Numbered from the stretch's first letter, positions 39,653-50,012 are shown. The stretch: 64,000 nt of DNA from an uncultured Candidatus Poseidoniales archaeon (GCA_902605365.1 CACLCM010000004.1:1471-65470), one strand, 5' to 3'. Made by a program: numbers and translations. The notes: generated by a model not told the origin, from the sequence alone.

Positions 39653-41273
39653 TGTAATCAGTATAATTCCCATAATATTTGGTGACGATTCCATCCTGTA
39701 ACTCCCAAATCTGATTGACGATTTGGTCGAGGAACCATCTATCGTGACTGACGGTTACAATTGCACCTTCATATTCAGTAAGAGCCTCTTCAAGAGTTTC
39801 TTTTGCGTCCATGTCCAAGTGATTAGTTGGTTCATCGAGCAGAAGTAAATTGTTTTCTTCTAGCAGAATTTTTAGTAATGCAATACGAGCTCTCTCCCCG
39901 CCTGAAAGTTTGCCCAAAGGAGTATCAACTTGCTCCTTAGCAAATTGGAAACGGCCCAAAGCAGCACGGATTTCTCCATATGACATGTCAGGGCGAAGCA
40001 ATTCAACTTGCTTTACCGCATTCAGTTTGAAATCCAGAGTACGGTGGTCTTGGTGATAGTAACCGACGATGGCTCCAGGTGCAAGGTCTCTGGTTCCTGA
40101 ATCGATTACTTCATCACCAGTAATCAACTTCAGGAGCGTGGTCTTACCTTGACCATTTCCTCCAACAATACCTATTCTATCGCCTTTGGAAATTTCTAAG
40201 TCCTGATTATCTAAAATTGGACGTTTCAATCCTTCGAATTTCTTTGAAGCGCCTAAGAATTGAATGATATCATTGCTTGACTTATCTGCTGCTTCGAGAT
40301 TGAATCTCAGTCCCTTGCGCTGCTTCGGTTTTCGTGCGTTCAAGGCTTTGAGTTCCTGTTGCATTCTTTCTATCATTTTGTGCTTAGCTGAAATCGACTT
40401 GTCGTACTTGTTAGCGGATTTCATAGAACGGAGAGCGTTCTGAGTATTCGCTATTTTCTTCTCCACATTCTTGATTCTATCATCAAGGGCAGCAAGGAAG
40501 TTTTGTTTCTGTTTTAGGAACTCTGAATAATTACCCTTGTAATTCCAGTTGCGAAGATTGTCCACTTCTACAATCCTCGTACAAACTTGGTCAAGGAAAT
40601 ACCTGTCGTGAGATACGATCAATTGAGCACCTACGAACTCATTTATGAATTCTTCAAGCCATTCAGTAGTCTCAATATCCAAGTGGTTTGTCGGCTCGTC
40701 AAGGAATATAACATCGACTCCAGCAAGACCTACAAGTTGGCGAGCAAGAGCAAGTTTGGCCTTCTCCCCACCAGATAATTTGTTGACTTTCATCTCCATT
40801 GGGTGCTGGTCTAGACCTAACATCTCCAAAATCGCCTTAGCAATATTTGCAACATTTCCTCCACCTGAAGCTCCGAGCATTGTTTGGAGTTCAGAATAGC
40901 GGTCCATCACAGGTTGCCAGTTGCCATCATAGAATGAAGGGTCAACCATCTGTGCTTCTATCGCTGCGATCTCTTCTTCCAGCTCTTGGAATTGGCGCCC
41001 CTTACGAGATAACTCTTCTTCGATAGTTGAATCTTCATCAATATCTCGAATCTGAGTCAGATATGCTATGCGAATTCCTGAAGCGAATTCGATATCTCCA
41101 ACATCCTGCTTTTGTTCTGAAATTGTATTGAGCAGTGTTGTCTTTCCGGCACCATTATGACCGACTATTCCGATTCTGTCACCCTCGTTTACCATGATGT
41201 TGATGTCCTGCAATACGGTGACTGGACCGAATGAACGGTCTACACCTTCAACGCGGATTAATTCGCGGGACAT
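39597..41273 (-). CDS. ABC-F family ATPase
   Basis: Two ATPase domains (GHNGAGKTT and GGNGQGKTT, each with LSGGE and DEPTNHLD), linker GNYSEF, no TM. Confidence 0.92.
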   Translation of the reverse strand: MSRELIRVEGVDRSFGPVTVLQDINIMVNEGDRIGIVGHNGAGKTTLLNTISEQKQDVGDIEFASGIRIAYLTQIRDIDEDSTIEEELSRKGRQFQELEEEIAAIEAQMVDPSFYDGNWQPVMDRYSELQTMLGASGGGNVANIAKAILEMLGLDQHPMEMKVNKLSGGEKAKLALARQLVGLAGVDVIFLDEPTNHLDIETTEWLEEFINEFVGAQLIVSHDRYFLDQVCTRIVEVDNLRNWNYKGNYSEFLKQKQNFLAALDDRIKNVEKKIANTQNALRSMKSANKYDKSISAKHKMIERMQQELKALNARKPKQRKGLRFNLEAADKSSNDIIQFLGASKKFEGLKRPILDNQDLEISKGDRIGIVGGNGQGKTTLLKLITGDEVIDSGTRDLAPGAIVGYYHQDHRTLDFKLNAVKQVELLRPDMSYGEIRAALGRFQFAKEQVDTPLGKLSGGERARIALLKILLEENNLLLLDEPTNHLDMDAKETLEEALTEYEGAIVTVSHDRWFLDQIVNQIWELQDGIVTKYYGNYTDYIRKKKGLPALVDGEEPVL

Positions 41274-41517
41274 ATTTCGAGGCGGCTCCCTATCTCTTAT
41301 GGACTCACCGTTTGATTTTGCTGGCAAAATCCATACTAGCAATAAAAATTAGATTATTTACTTACAAATTACCATTATCTGAAATTCAACATCTCAATTA
41401 TGGAAAATGAAATACCATCTTCCGGAATCTAATATCTTGAATCCGTCACAGGCTAGAAGTATGCCTTTTGATGCATCGAGACAAAGGTAAATAGGCGTAA
41501 GAGAGTTATGTCATAAC

Positions 41518-41679
41518 ATGGCGAGTGAAAGTACCAAACAACGTCCAACCGCAGCAGAATCATTAGTTAAGGCAACAGTTGCTGTCCTTGACAATGTTAA
41601 TGTTCAAGCACACATGGACCGTGCATCAATGGAAACGGCAAAGCGTTTAGGAGCGCACACTATCACATTCCTAGGTTGA
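41518..41679 (+). CDS. 53-aa small protein not in the ORF track
   Basis: MASESTKQRPTAAESLVKATVAVLDNVNVQAHMDRASMETAKRLGAHTITFLG; fills an intergenic gap; GGTAAATA about 25 nt upstream. Confidence 0.6.
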   Translation: MASESTKQRPTAAESLVKATVAVLDNVNVQAHMDRASMETAKRLGAHTITFLG

Positions 41680-41720
41680 ACTTACAGAAAGGTCATTGAC
41701 ACTGACACTTTGGGACAAGC

Positions 41721-42329
41721 GTGGACATAACTGCAATTTCGGCAGCAGCCGTGATGTTTATTCTCGGTGCAACCTCACCAGGTCCATCTTTAGCTGTAGT
41801 TCTACGCAACACGATGATTGGCGGTAGGCCTCGAGGTTTAGCGTGCGCAGTGGGGCATGGAATTGGATTCGGATTCTATGCTGTTAGCGTAGTATTCGGT
41901 TTAGTTGTGATAATGGAAAACAATCCTGATGTATTTACACTAATGCAAATTATTGGTGGATTGTTTCTACTCTACCTTGGAATTGGTATGATTCGTAGTG
42001 AAGAAGCTGTCATAGTTCAATCAGAAGGTAAGCGTGAAGGATTTTTCGAAGGTTTCTTCATTGCATTTTTGAATCCCAAAATTGCAGTATTCATGCTCGC
42101 AGTTCTCTCCAGTGTACTCGACCCATCGATGTCAAACGACACAAAATGGATTATTGCAGGAATGGGGATGACGATTGATACCGTATGGTACGTGATCGTC
42201 GCACTTTTGCTATCCAAATCTACAATATTAGCAAAAATTGAGCAAAATCAACGTAGTTTGAATATCGCTACTGGTGTTTTGATGATTGGTTTAGCAATAT
42301 GGACAGCATACAAACTATCTGGACTGTGA
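41721..42329 (+). CDS. LysE/RhtB-family exporter
   Basis: TSPGPS, LYLGI, LNPK. Confidence 0.88.
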   Translation: MDITAISAAAVMFILGATSPGPSLAVVLRNTMIGGRPRGLACAVGHGIGFGFYAVSVVFGLVVIMENNPDVFTLMQIIGGLFLLYLGIGMIRSEEAVIVQSEGKREGFFEGFFIAFLNPKIAVFMLAVLSSVLDPSMSNDTKWIIAGMGMTIDTVWYVIVALLLSKSTILAKIEQNQRSLNIATGVLMIGLAIWTAYKLSGL

Positions 42330-42368
42330 CACATCAATACTATTGATGTCAAGTGAAAACGGTCAGTT

Positions 42369-43172
42369 ATGCCAGAGCTTCCAGAAGTCGAAACCGTCCG
42401 CACTGGACTGTCTCGTTCTTGGGTTGGTAAGCGAATAGACGGTGTGGATTTACGCAGAGAAGGCCTGCGTTTTCCATTTCCTGAAGACCTCGAGAAAAGA
42501 CTCATTGGAAGGACAATTACTGCGATAAGAAGACGTGCCAAATATCTCTTAATCGACCTTGATAATGATGACATCTTACTTTCTCACTTAGGAATGAGTG
42601 GAAAATGGACACTTGATGCTAGTGATTGCGAAGGTAAGCATGACCACGTCGTCATCTATCTCGATGACGGAACGATGTCGGTATACAATGACCCACGGCG
42701 ATTTGGAGTTATGGATATCTACTCGGGTACATCTCATAAATTGCTGGACCATTTAGGCCCAGAGCCTCTAGAAGAATGGACTGCTACAGACTTATATGAA
42801 AAACTACAACGTAGGAAAAGTCCTATCAAAATTTGTATTCTCGATCAAAAAGTGGTAGTTGGTGTTGGCAATATCTATGCTTGTGAAGCACTAAACAGAA
42901 GCAAGATTTCCCCTACTCGTTTGTCAAACACAATCAAACTAAAAGAATGTGAGAAGTTAGTCAATGAGATAAAAATCATTCTTTCAGAAGCGATTCAAGT
43001 AGGTGGCTCATCATTACGAGACTTTGCAGGTGTTGATGGAACTCTTGGCTATTTCATTCACCAGTTCAAGGTGTATGATAAAGAAGGGGCAGAGTGCGAA
43101 TGCGGAGGGATTATTGAGAGACTGGTCCAAGGTGGACGCTCAACATTCTGGTGTAGTTCTTGTCAGAAATGA
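42369..43172 (+). CDS. mutM: Formamidopyrimidine-DNA glycosylase
   Basis: MPELPEVE, RRAKYL, HLGMSG, DPRRFG, GVGNIYA, C-terminal Zn finger. Confidence 0.95.
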   Translation: MPELPEVETVRTGLSRSWVGKRIDGVDLRREGLRFPFPEDLEKRLIGRTITAIRRRAKYLLIDLDNDDILLSHLGMSGKWTLDASDCEGKHDHVVIYLDDGTMSVYNDPRRFGVMDIYSGTSHKLLDHLGPEPLEEWTATDLYEKLQRRKSPIKICILDQKVVVGVGNIYACEALNRSKISPTRLSNTIKLKECEKLVNEIKIILSEAIQVGGSSLRDFAGVDGTLGYFIHQFKVYDKEGAECECGGIIERLVQGGRSTFWCSSCQK

Positions 43173-43766
43173 TCAGTAGTTTTCGAGAACTGTCCTTACA
43201 TCTTCAACAAATAAGTCAACTGGGAAATCATAATCTGACCAAACCACTCTTCCCATTAGATTTGAATCCAAGATATAGGTGGGAGATGGATGGGCAACTG
43301 TGTATCCTTCATCAGAATCATCTGATTCCTCGTATGGATAAACTCCATATGTTTCGTAAACCATATCTAAAGCTGAGCCTGAACCTGTTAGGTGAGGCCA
43401 ATCATACCCTCTGTCTTCAGTCCAATTTTGCAACTTTGAGGGGGAGTCATGTCGCTTATCTACAGTTACAGATACAATACTAATTTTTTCTAATTCTTCA
43501 TCTGACAAAGTTTCTTGAACCATTTTTACATTCTGACTAGTTACTGGACATGTTTCATCACACCGAGTAAACATGAACACTAGTATCACAACTTTACCAC
43601 GCTGCTCTTCTAGGCTCCATAGGTCTCCGTCTGCGCTTTCTAGAGTAAATTTGTAGGTGTCGCTACCTGCCAAATCGCGGCCATGGAATGTAATTTCTTT
43701 TTCATCATCAGAGGTGCAGCCTGGTAAAAGAAACATTAATGCCAGAATTATTGCAGTAAACCTCAT
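43173..43766 (-). CDS. SCO family copper-chaperone lipoprotein
   Basis: Lipobox LPGC, FTRCDETCP (CxxxC), conserved His in VAHP. Confidence 0.88.
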   Translation of the reverse strand: MRFTAIILALMFLLPGCTSDDEKEITFHGRDLAGSDTYKFTLESADGDLWSLEEQRGKVVILVFMFTRCDETCPVTSQNVKMVQETLSDEELEKISIVSVTVDKRHDSPSKLQNWTEDRGYDWPHLTGSGSALDMVYETYGVYPYEESDDSDEGYTVAHPSPTYILDSNLMGRVVWSDYDFPVDLFVEDVRTVLENY

Positions 43767-43767
43767 T

Positions 43768-44346
43768 TCATTCCTCCAAATCAATTACTGTCCGCAAATC
43801 TTCCATGAATAAATCAATTGGCCAGTCGTATTCACTCCATACTACTCGGCCCTTGAGATTAGTATCCAAAATGTATACTGGTTGAAGATGAATTTCTTGA
43901 TATTCCTCTTCATCATAAGGTACGATATCATATTCTGAATATGTATTTTTTATTTCGTCAGAATTCCAATCTGTAAGATGTGGCCAATCCAGACCCATGT
44001 CTGCCGACCAGTCCCTCAGAACATCGGGAGAATCGTGCCTCCAATCAATTGTGACAGAAATGAATGAAACCTTTTCAAGTTCATCTGAAGTTAATTGCGA
44101 TTTGACGGTTTTGAGATTATTAGAAATCATTAGGCAAACATCATCACAACGAGTGTAGACGAAAGCAAGGATTACGACCTTGCCCTCATTATCTTCGAGT
44201 GAATATGACGATTGGTTTTGATCGCTCAAAGTGAATTTGAAGGTATCCATTTCACCCAAGTCTTTGCCATTAAACTCAGGACTGTCTTCGGAAATACATC
44301 CTGGCAGCAATAGCAGTAAACAAGCGAATAGCACTCGTATCTTCAT
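43768..44346 (-). CDS. SCO family copper-chaperone lipoprotein, tandem paralog
   Basis: LPGC, YTRCDDVC, His in EIHL; closely similar to its neighbour. Confidence 0.88.
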   Translation of the reverse strand: MKIRVLFACLLLLLPGCISEDSPEFNGKDLGEMDTFKFTLSDQNQSSYSLEDNEGKVVILAFVYTRCDDVCLMISNNLKTVKSQLTSDELEKVSFISVTIDWRHDSPDVLRDWSADMGLDWPHLTDWNSDEIKNTYSEYDIVPYDEEEYQEIHLQPVYILDTNLKGRVVWSEYDWPIDLFMEDLRTVIDLEE

Positions 44347-44356
44347 ACCTAACCAC

Positions 44357-44686
44357 TCAGAATTCTCTCCAACCCTTACCGCATTTCTTGCAAGTTAGCA
44401 TTCGAGTTTCAGGCTCATCGGATGAGCGAGTCTGTTCAAGATAGGAATATACTTCCCGAGATTCACATTTCAAATCAGGGCAGATGTATACATCCTTAGT
44501 CAACACACCCTTCAACTCATCAGAATCTTTGATGACTTCGTAGACTCTTGTTTCTGCCTTAGTAGACGATTGAATATTTGCAAATTCTTTGTTTTGGGGT
44601 CCTTGATACCCACATTTGTAATTGGTGCAATTAATGTCACCAGTTGGAGTAGGGAATGCCAATGTACCACATTCGGGGCAGAACAT
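44357..44686 (-). CDS. tfs: Transcription factor S (TFS)
   Basis: MFCPECG N-terminal ribbon; C-terminal ribbon with QTRSSDEP and CKKC. Confidence 0.9.
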   Translation of the reverse strand: MFCPECGTLAFPTPTGDINCTNYKCGYQGPQNKEFANIQSSTKAETRVYEVIKDSDELKGVLTKDVYICPDLKCESREVYSYLEQTRSSDEPETRMLTCKKCGKGWREF

Positions 44687-44772
44687 AGGAACAGGTGGAG
44701 GAACCTACATATCAACATTTTGAATATCTTAGCAGCAATTGGTTCATCAATGTAGTCGGTTTGGACTACCAT

Positions 44773-45780
44773 ATGTGGCTATGGTATGACTGGAGAGCGG
44801 CCGCTGTTTCTGATTCTGATGGCAATCTTTTGGATGTAGAAGAATGGGATGGTTGGAAGAACACAGATGCTGTATGTGCACGTATGGACATAATTGCATT
44901 TGGAGCACTTACGCCTGAAGCTGAAAGACTGTCTGAAAGATTCCCTGATGCGAAAGTTTTGATCCATGGTGACGAGGATTTACCAGATGCTGACTGGCCA
45001 ATACCTAGTGAAGAAGCGTTAGAAGCATTAGACAGAGCAGCGATCTTACTTTCTAAGCGTGGGGTTGATGCTGCTGCTGGTGACCCAGACAGAAGATTAG
45101 AACACATTCTAAGAGCATCTGATGAACTACGAACTACTTTCATTACAATTGAAGGAAGGCTAGTTGAATGGGTAGGATTGTTTCTTCCAGAAGCAAGATT
45201 CGAAAAAGACCGAAGTGGACTTGCTAAGAAAGTTATCAACGCATCCAATTTGAGTGATTTGGCTGAAGAGATTGGTATTGGCATGCCCCCACTGGGTCCG
45301 ACCGATGCGGAATGGGATAGCCTTCATGATTGGGCAAAGAGTGTATGGGAAATCAAAAACCGACTCGAGAGTATGGAAGATGTTGTTAGAGAATTAGCAT
45401 CGCAGCACCTACCTTCGCTATCTGGACTTCTAGGCCCGATTCTTGCAGCCAGACTTTGTGTTGAAGCCCACGGTCGTGCTAGGTTAGCTAGACTTCCAGC
45501 AGGCACAATGCAAATTTTAGGTGCTGAAAAGGCATTTTTCAATCATCTGAAGACAGGTGCTCCATCTCCTAAGCACGGTCATATTTTTATGCACCCTTGG
45601 ATTTCACGTTCACCTCGCTGGATGCGAGGAAAGATTGCAAGAACTGTTGCTGCTAAAGCGACAATAGCCGCTAGATGTGATGAATTTGGAGGAGAAACTT
45701 GGAGTCAAGAAACCATCGATGCAGTAGCCGCCAAGGTGGAGACTATTCGAAGCGAGAATTCAACTCCACCACAGCGGTGA
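44773..45780 (+). CDS. nop5: Box C/D RNP protein Nop5
   Basis: LARLPAGTMQILGAEKAFF, PKHGHIF, RGKIARTVAAK; lies next to fibrillarin. Confidence 0.9.
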   Translation: MWLWYDWRAAAVSDSDGNLLDVEEWDGWKNTDAVCARMDIIAFGALTPEAERLSERFPDAKVLIHGDEDLPDADWPIPSEEALEALDRAAILLSKRGVDAAAGDPDRRLEHILRASDELRTTFITIEGRLVEWVGLFLPEARFEKDRSGLAKKVINASNLSDLAEEIGIGMPPLGPTDAEWDSLHDWAKSVWEIKNRLESMEDVVRELASQHLPSLSGLLGPILAARLCVEAHGRARLARLPAGTMQILGAEKAFFNHLKTGAPSPKHGHIFMHPWISRSPRWMRGKIARTVAAKATIAARCDEFGGETWSQETIDAVAAKVETIRSENSTPPQR

Positions 45781-45784
45781 GATT

Positions 45785-46480
45785 ATGGGCAAAAAACGCC
45801 GACTCTCATGGGCCGTTATGGTTGATGGAAGGGCTATTTGGACAAGGAACGCTGTCCCAAAGTTGTCTCAATATGGAGAGTCACTTCGAAGATTCAAAGG
45901 CACTGAATACAGGAGATGGGACCCTACTCGATCTAAATTAGGTGCGGCTCTATCTCGTGCAAGACACACACAGTATGACTTACTTCCACAAGATGGAGAC
46001 ACTTGTCTGTACCTAGGAGCTGGTCATGGAACATCACTTTCGCACATCCACGACCAAGTTTGTGGAATTGACAACCAAAAGAATGGACGTATTATCGCAG
46101 TAGACCTATCGCCTAGGTGTTTGCGCGATTTAGTTCATCTAGCAAGCCTTCGGCCTGGTTTAGTTCCAGTTCTTGGAGACGCTAGAAAGCATTCAGCGTG
46201 GGGAATTATGGTTGCATCTAAGGTAGATTGGTTACTACAAGATGTTAGTCAAGCTGGACAGGCGGAAATTTTCATCAACGCTGTAAAACGGTTCCTGAAA
46301 AAGGGCGGAAAGGGCTTACTCTCTCTGAAAGCAGCATCAGAACGTTTCAATGAAGGAGGAGAAAGAGAAGTCTTCCAAAATGTTAGAGACCAACTAGAAG
46401 ATGCAGGGCTAACTATTGAAGAACAAATCGATCTTCACGGACTAGAGGACAATCATTGCCTCTACTTCGTTACAAATTGA
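45785..46480 (+). CDS. flpA: Fibrillarin-like 2'-O-methyltransferase
   Basis: YRRWDPTRSKLGAA, LYLGAGHGTSLSH, LGDAR, QDVSQ. Confidence 0.92.
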   Translation: MGKKRRLSWAVMVDGRAIWTRNAVPKLSQYGESLRRFKGTEYRRWDPTRSKLGAALSRARHTQYDLLPQDGDTCLYLGAGHGTSLSHIHDQVCGIDNQKNGRIIAVDLSPRCLRDLVHLASLRPGLVPVLGDARKHSAWGIMVASKVDWLLQDVSQAGQAEIFINAVKRFLKKGGKGLLSLKAASERFNEGGEREVFQNVRDQLEDAGLTIEEQIDLHGLEDNHCLYFVTN

Positions 46481-46501
46481 GCCTCTTTAGATTTTAGAAA
46501 T

Positions 46502-47545
46502 CTATTCTTCCTCTAATATTTCATCGACAATCTTGTCAGTATCAATATCTGTAAGAGTCCTCACAGCATCGACTTTACTACGAGTGAAAACCATGTATGC
46601 CGAAGCTAAAATCAAGATAATCAATAACAAAACTAACCATGTGTTCGATGTGGATTCTTCTGCTGAAGAGCCTGCATCTAGTGATGTGCCCGCATTTTCA
46701 TTGCCATAATTCCAAGTAAAAGTCGTAATCGACGCCCATGGTGAGTTTCCAGTTCTAGTAAATTCCTCAGTGATTTTGTTTCCTCTTTCATCGTAGGTAT
46801 AATTCCAATAACTAGTCCAATTATTTGGTCCATCATGCTGTTCTTTGGAAACTAATTTTCCAGAGTCATCATAGGAGTAATTTGTCGTCTTTGAAAATTG
46901 ACTTGAACCATAAATATTAGTCAATGTTTCAGAATTCAAAACATTGGTTCCATCGTATTCATATTCAATAGAACTACTCAGTTCACCATTAGTCGATGAA
47001 TCAACCTTAGCCATATTTCCACTCTCATCATAGGTAGTTTCGACAGTATAGGATGAGTCTCCATAAGAGGAATTTGTTAGAACCTCTCTGCCTTGGCTAT
47101 CGTAACTATACACGGTATGCTGTTCTTGATTCAATGAATAATTACCACCATTATTGGAAAATTCAGCCCAAGTGCTTGCGCTTACTAAATCTCCTTGATA
47201 GGCAAATGTCTCTTGCCAAAGATAGATTACATCACCATCAGAATCGTACCAGTATAGCGAAGTATTGGAAATCGTGCTATCTTCATTATAGGATATGAAT
47301 TTGTGATGTAGAGAGTCATAAGTTGTATCTGTTCTCTCGAACAACCTGCACTGCGAATCGTAGGAAAGATTCGATTCCATAGAGTGCATCGCAGCCATTT
47401 CCGCATCCTCAGTTATCCACTCGTAGTTTTCCTTAATTATCACCCAACAATCATCTGTCTCTGAATCTTCTGCGGATACTGCATATAAATTACTGAAACA
47501 CAATGAGATTAACATTATTGACATAAGCAACGAGGTTCTTTGCAT
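46502..47545 (-). CDS. Secreted, C-terminally anchored YD-repeat protein
   Basis: Signal peptide; YSYDSQGR, TYDESGN, YSYDDSGK, YTYDERGN; C-terminal TM. Confidence 0.75.
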   Translation of the reverse strand: MQRTSLLMSIMLISLCFSNLYAVSAEDSETDDCWVIIKENYEWITEDAEMAAMHSMESNLSYDSQCRLFERTDTTYDSLHHKFISYNEDSTISNTSLYWYDSDGDVIYLWQETFAYQGDLVSASTWAEFSNNGGNYSLNQEQHTVYSYDSQGREVLTNSSYGDSSYTVETTYDESGNMAKVDSSTNGELSSSIEYEYDGTNVLNSETLTNIYGSSQFSKTTNYSYDDSGKLVSKEQHDGPNNWTSYWNYTYDERGNKITEEFTRTGNSPWASITTFTWNYGNENAGTSLDAGSSAEESTSNTWLVLLLIILILASAYMVFTRSKVDAVRTLTDIDTDKIVDEILEEE

Positions 47546-47662
47546 ATTACAAAGTAAGTAAAGCGCGATTATAACTTTAGTCACTACTCAGGTTGAAAAT
47601 GTTCAAATTTTGAAAAAGAATGTTTCAATGGAAACATCGATTGCACTAAACTGCTAATGATA

Positions 47663-48403
47663 TCAGAAGTCGCCTTCTACTCTTGGAGCCAAGAAGTATT
47701 CGACATGACCTGCACCATCTGCAAAGTCGAAAGTAATCCTTAGAGGGAAGTTCTCACCGAATCTTAGGTTTACATTTTCAATACCTTGCATAATCTTAGT
47801 CATTGGAATAAGATAGGTTAGAGAGTACTGGGAGCGAGCAGGACTACTGCAATCGATTGCGACTAGTTCGTCCTTAGAGAACTCGACGTGTACAGAATCA
47901 GTTGAGCCGTTAACATTCACTGCGAAAGTATCCGCTGTAAGTGATAGATTGACTAAATCTCCAACTTGGCGAGCTGCACGTAGTGCTTGGCCAAGGTCAG
48001 ATCCAGTAATTGTGACCCCACAAGGCAGTTCCAATGATGGAACATTTGGGGGGCTCAGGGTTGTATTATCAAGAGGGCGAAGATTCAAGTCGATTCTACC
48101 AATATTGACAGTTGCTTGTCCCGACTCGTCATTGTAAGCTAACTCAACCATGTCACCTGGACCTGCAAGGCTTAGAATGTCCTTCAGTTTCCTCATTTCA
48201 AGACCCAATTTGGTCTCGTCAACTTCCCAAGTATCGAATGCAGCGCTATCTACATCCATCTTAATCATGGCTACGTGTGAAGGGTCTACAACCCTTACAG
48301 ATAATCCATCTTCTCCGAAATCTAGTCTTGCCTCCTCAACTACGACCCCAAGTGTTTCTACTATGGTTCGCATGAGTTCTTGACGGGCTGTGACGTTCAA
48401 CAT
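47663..48403 (-). CDS. pcn: DNA sliding clamp PCNA
   Basis: VDPSHVAM, YSLTYL, FPL, FLAPRVE C-terminus. Confidence 0.95.
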   Translation of the reverse strand: MLNVTARQELMRTIVETLGVVVEEARLDFGEDGLSVRVVDPSHVAMIKMDVDSAAFDTWEVDETKLGLEMRKLKDILSLAGPGDMVELAYNDESGQATVNIGRIDLNLRPLDNTTLSPPNVPSLELPCGVTITGSDLGQALRAARQVGDLVNLSLTADTFAVNVNGSTDSVHVEFSKDELVAIDCSSPARSQYSLTYLIPMTKIMQGIENVNLRFGENFPLRITFDFADGAGHVEYFLAPRVEGDF

Positions 48404-48549
48404 GAGAGCACCCCTATACTTTGTTTGCTTCTTTGGAGGCTTATGAACCTTCTAATTGCTGAGGCACACTTTCGCGCGCCTTTGAGGTGATTTTTCAATT
48501 CCGCATATTGGTGAGATGGTTTCATCAAGGGGGGCTTAGTGGACAGGAT

Positions 48550-49677
48550 ATGGCAGATATTGCACCCCTGCTCAAGGAAGATGGCGAACCTTTCAAGGTA
48601 GCAGTTCTAATTCCGACAATTAACAACGCTGTTGAATTGGAAATAGTCCTAGAAAGACTGTCTAAACAAACATACTCAGATTTTGAAGTTGTTATTTCGG
48701 ATTCCAAATCAAAGGATAACACAAAAGAGATTTGTGAAAAGTACGGGGCAACTTGGATTGACGACCCATCGCGAAATAGAGCAAATGCGTGTAATTTCGC
48801 ACTGGAACAAATGGACCACGACCTAGTTCTGTTCACAGACGACGACACAATTCCTCCACTAGATTGGGTTGAAAAATTAGTTCGCTGGTTCGATGACCCA
48901 GAGGTTGGAGCAGTAGGTGGCCCTAACTTTGCACCTGATGAAGATCCATTTGGAGCAAAGTGTGCTGATGTCGCATTCTGTACTAAATTTATGACTGCAG
49001 GTACACGCTATGGCGCTCAACCAAAAGGGAAACTAGTTCCAATTACTCACAACCCTGGAGTTAATTGTGCTCACAGAATGGCAAACCTTCGTGAAGTCGG
49101 GTTTTTCGAGGATGGATGTATTGGAGCAGAAGATGTAGTGCTGGATGCTAAGATTCAGAGAAAGGGGCACAAGTTGTTTATCGACCCTGAAAATGTCATG
49201 CCACATCGTCGACGCAGGCCATTCAGGCCATACATGAAGCAGATGCGTAATTATGGCTACACACGAATGGTTGCTAACAAGCGATGGCCAGAAATCGCTG
49301 AATGGTCCCACACCGCTATCGGATTCTTCCCTTGGATCGTAATCGCAGCTGCAATCAGTACGATTTATGGTGCCGCTACAGGAGGAGCCGCAGCAGAACT
49401 ATGGTTCACTCTTGATGGAGAATGGGATATCTCCCGTATAGCATTCCACATACCATTGGGGCTTGCAGGAATTTACATTGCAATCTCTTGGCTTGGCGCT
49501 GCAATAGGCACAAGCCCTCACCGAAATATTGGAACAGTTTTCTTTGCACCATTATTCGTATTCCTTGCACACTGGGCATACGGTGCTGGCGTAAACAAAG
49601 CATGGAAAGAGATTCGTCGCACCGGCGGAAGTGCAGGTGTAGGTGAACAGATTGACGATAGAATTCGTACTGCTTGA
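48550..49677 (+). CDS. GT2-family glycosyltransferase with C-terminal TMs
   Basis: VLIPT.N, DSKSKDNT, FTDDD, AEDV, Q..NYG, hydrophobic C-terminus. Confidence 0.88.
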   Translation: MADIAPLLKEDGEPFKVAVLIPTINNAVELEIVLERLSKQTYSDFEVVISDSKSKDNTKEICEKYGATWIDDPSRNRANACNFALEQMDHDLVLFTDDDTIPPLDWVEKLVRWFDDPEVGAVGGPNFAPDEDPFGAKCADVAFCTKFMTAGTRYGAQPKGKLVPITHNPGVNCAHRMANLREVGFFEDGCIGAEDVVLDAKIQRKGHKLFIDPENVMPHRRRRPFRPYMKQMRNYGYTRMVANKRWPEIAEWSHTAIGFFPWIVIAAAISTIYGAATGGAAAELWFTLDGEWDISRIAFHIPLGLAGIYIAISWLGAAIGTSPHRNIGTVFFAPLFVFLAHWAYGAGVNKAWKEIRRTGGSAGVGEQIDDRIRTA

Positions 49678-49712
49678 CTAACCTTAAGCGAGTCAAGACC
49701 TAGGGCTCACCT

Positions 49713-50012
49713 ATGGCGCAGTCTCATCGAGATGGAATGAATGCGTCAGGTGAGTCGGATGATGCTAGAGAGATTTGGCTTCTGATTAGAAGTTGGCTGA
49801 CTTTATTACGCGTATTGTTAGTCATCGCAATAATCATCGTTGCAGAAATATTTGAAGAACACAATATCATGAACTTATCATTATCCGTTTGGGCCATAGT
49901 AGTGGGTTTCCCACTATTCTTGCTAATGTCTATGATCATCATTCAGGGCGACAAGAGATTCGCACCTGACCTCGAAGATAAGAGGCGTAAACGAATTGAG
50001 AAAGCCGGATGA
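49713..50012 (+). CDS. Small two-TM membrane protein
   Basis: Two hydrophobic helices and a charged tail. Confidence 0.65.
   Translation: MAQSHRDGMNASGESDDAREIWLLIRSWLTLLRVLLVIAIIIVAEIFEEHNIMNLSLSVWAIVVGFPLFLLMSMIIIQGDKRFAPDLEDKRRKRIEKAG

Noticed and set aside
44690-46500. Box C/D guide RNAs near nop5 and fibrillarin
   Set aside because: I found no convincing RUGAUGA...CUGA pair in the short intergenic gaps.
46502-47545. RHS polymorphic toxin
   Set aside because: It is too short, lacks the PxxxxDPxG core end and an immunity gene, and ends in a TM anchor.
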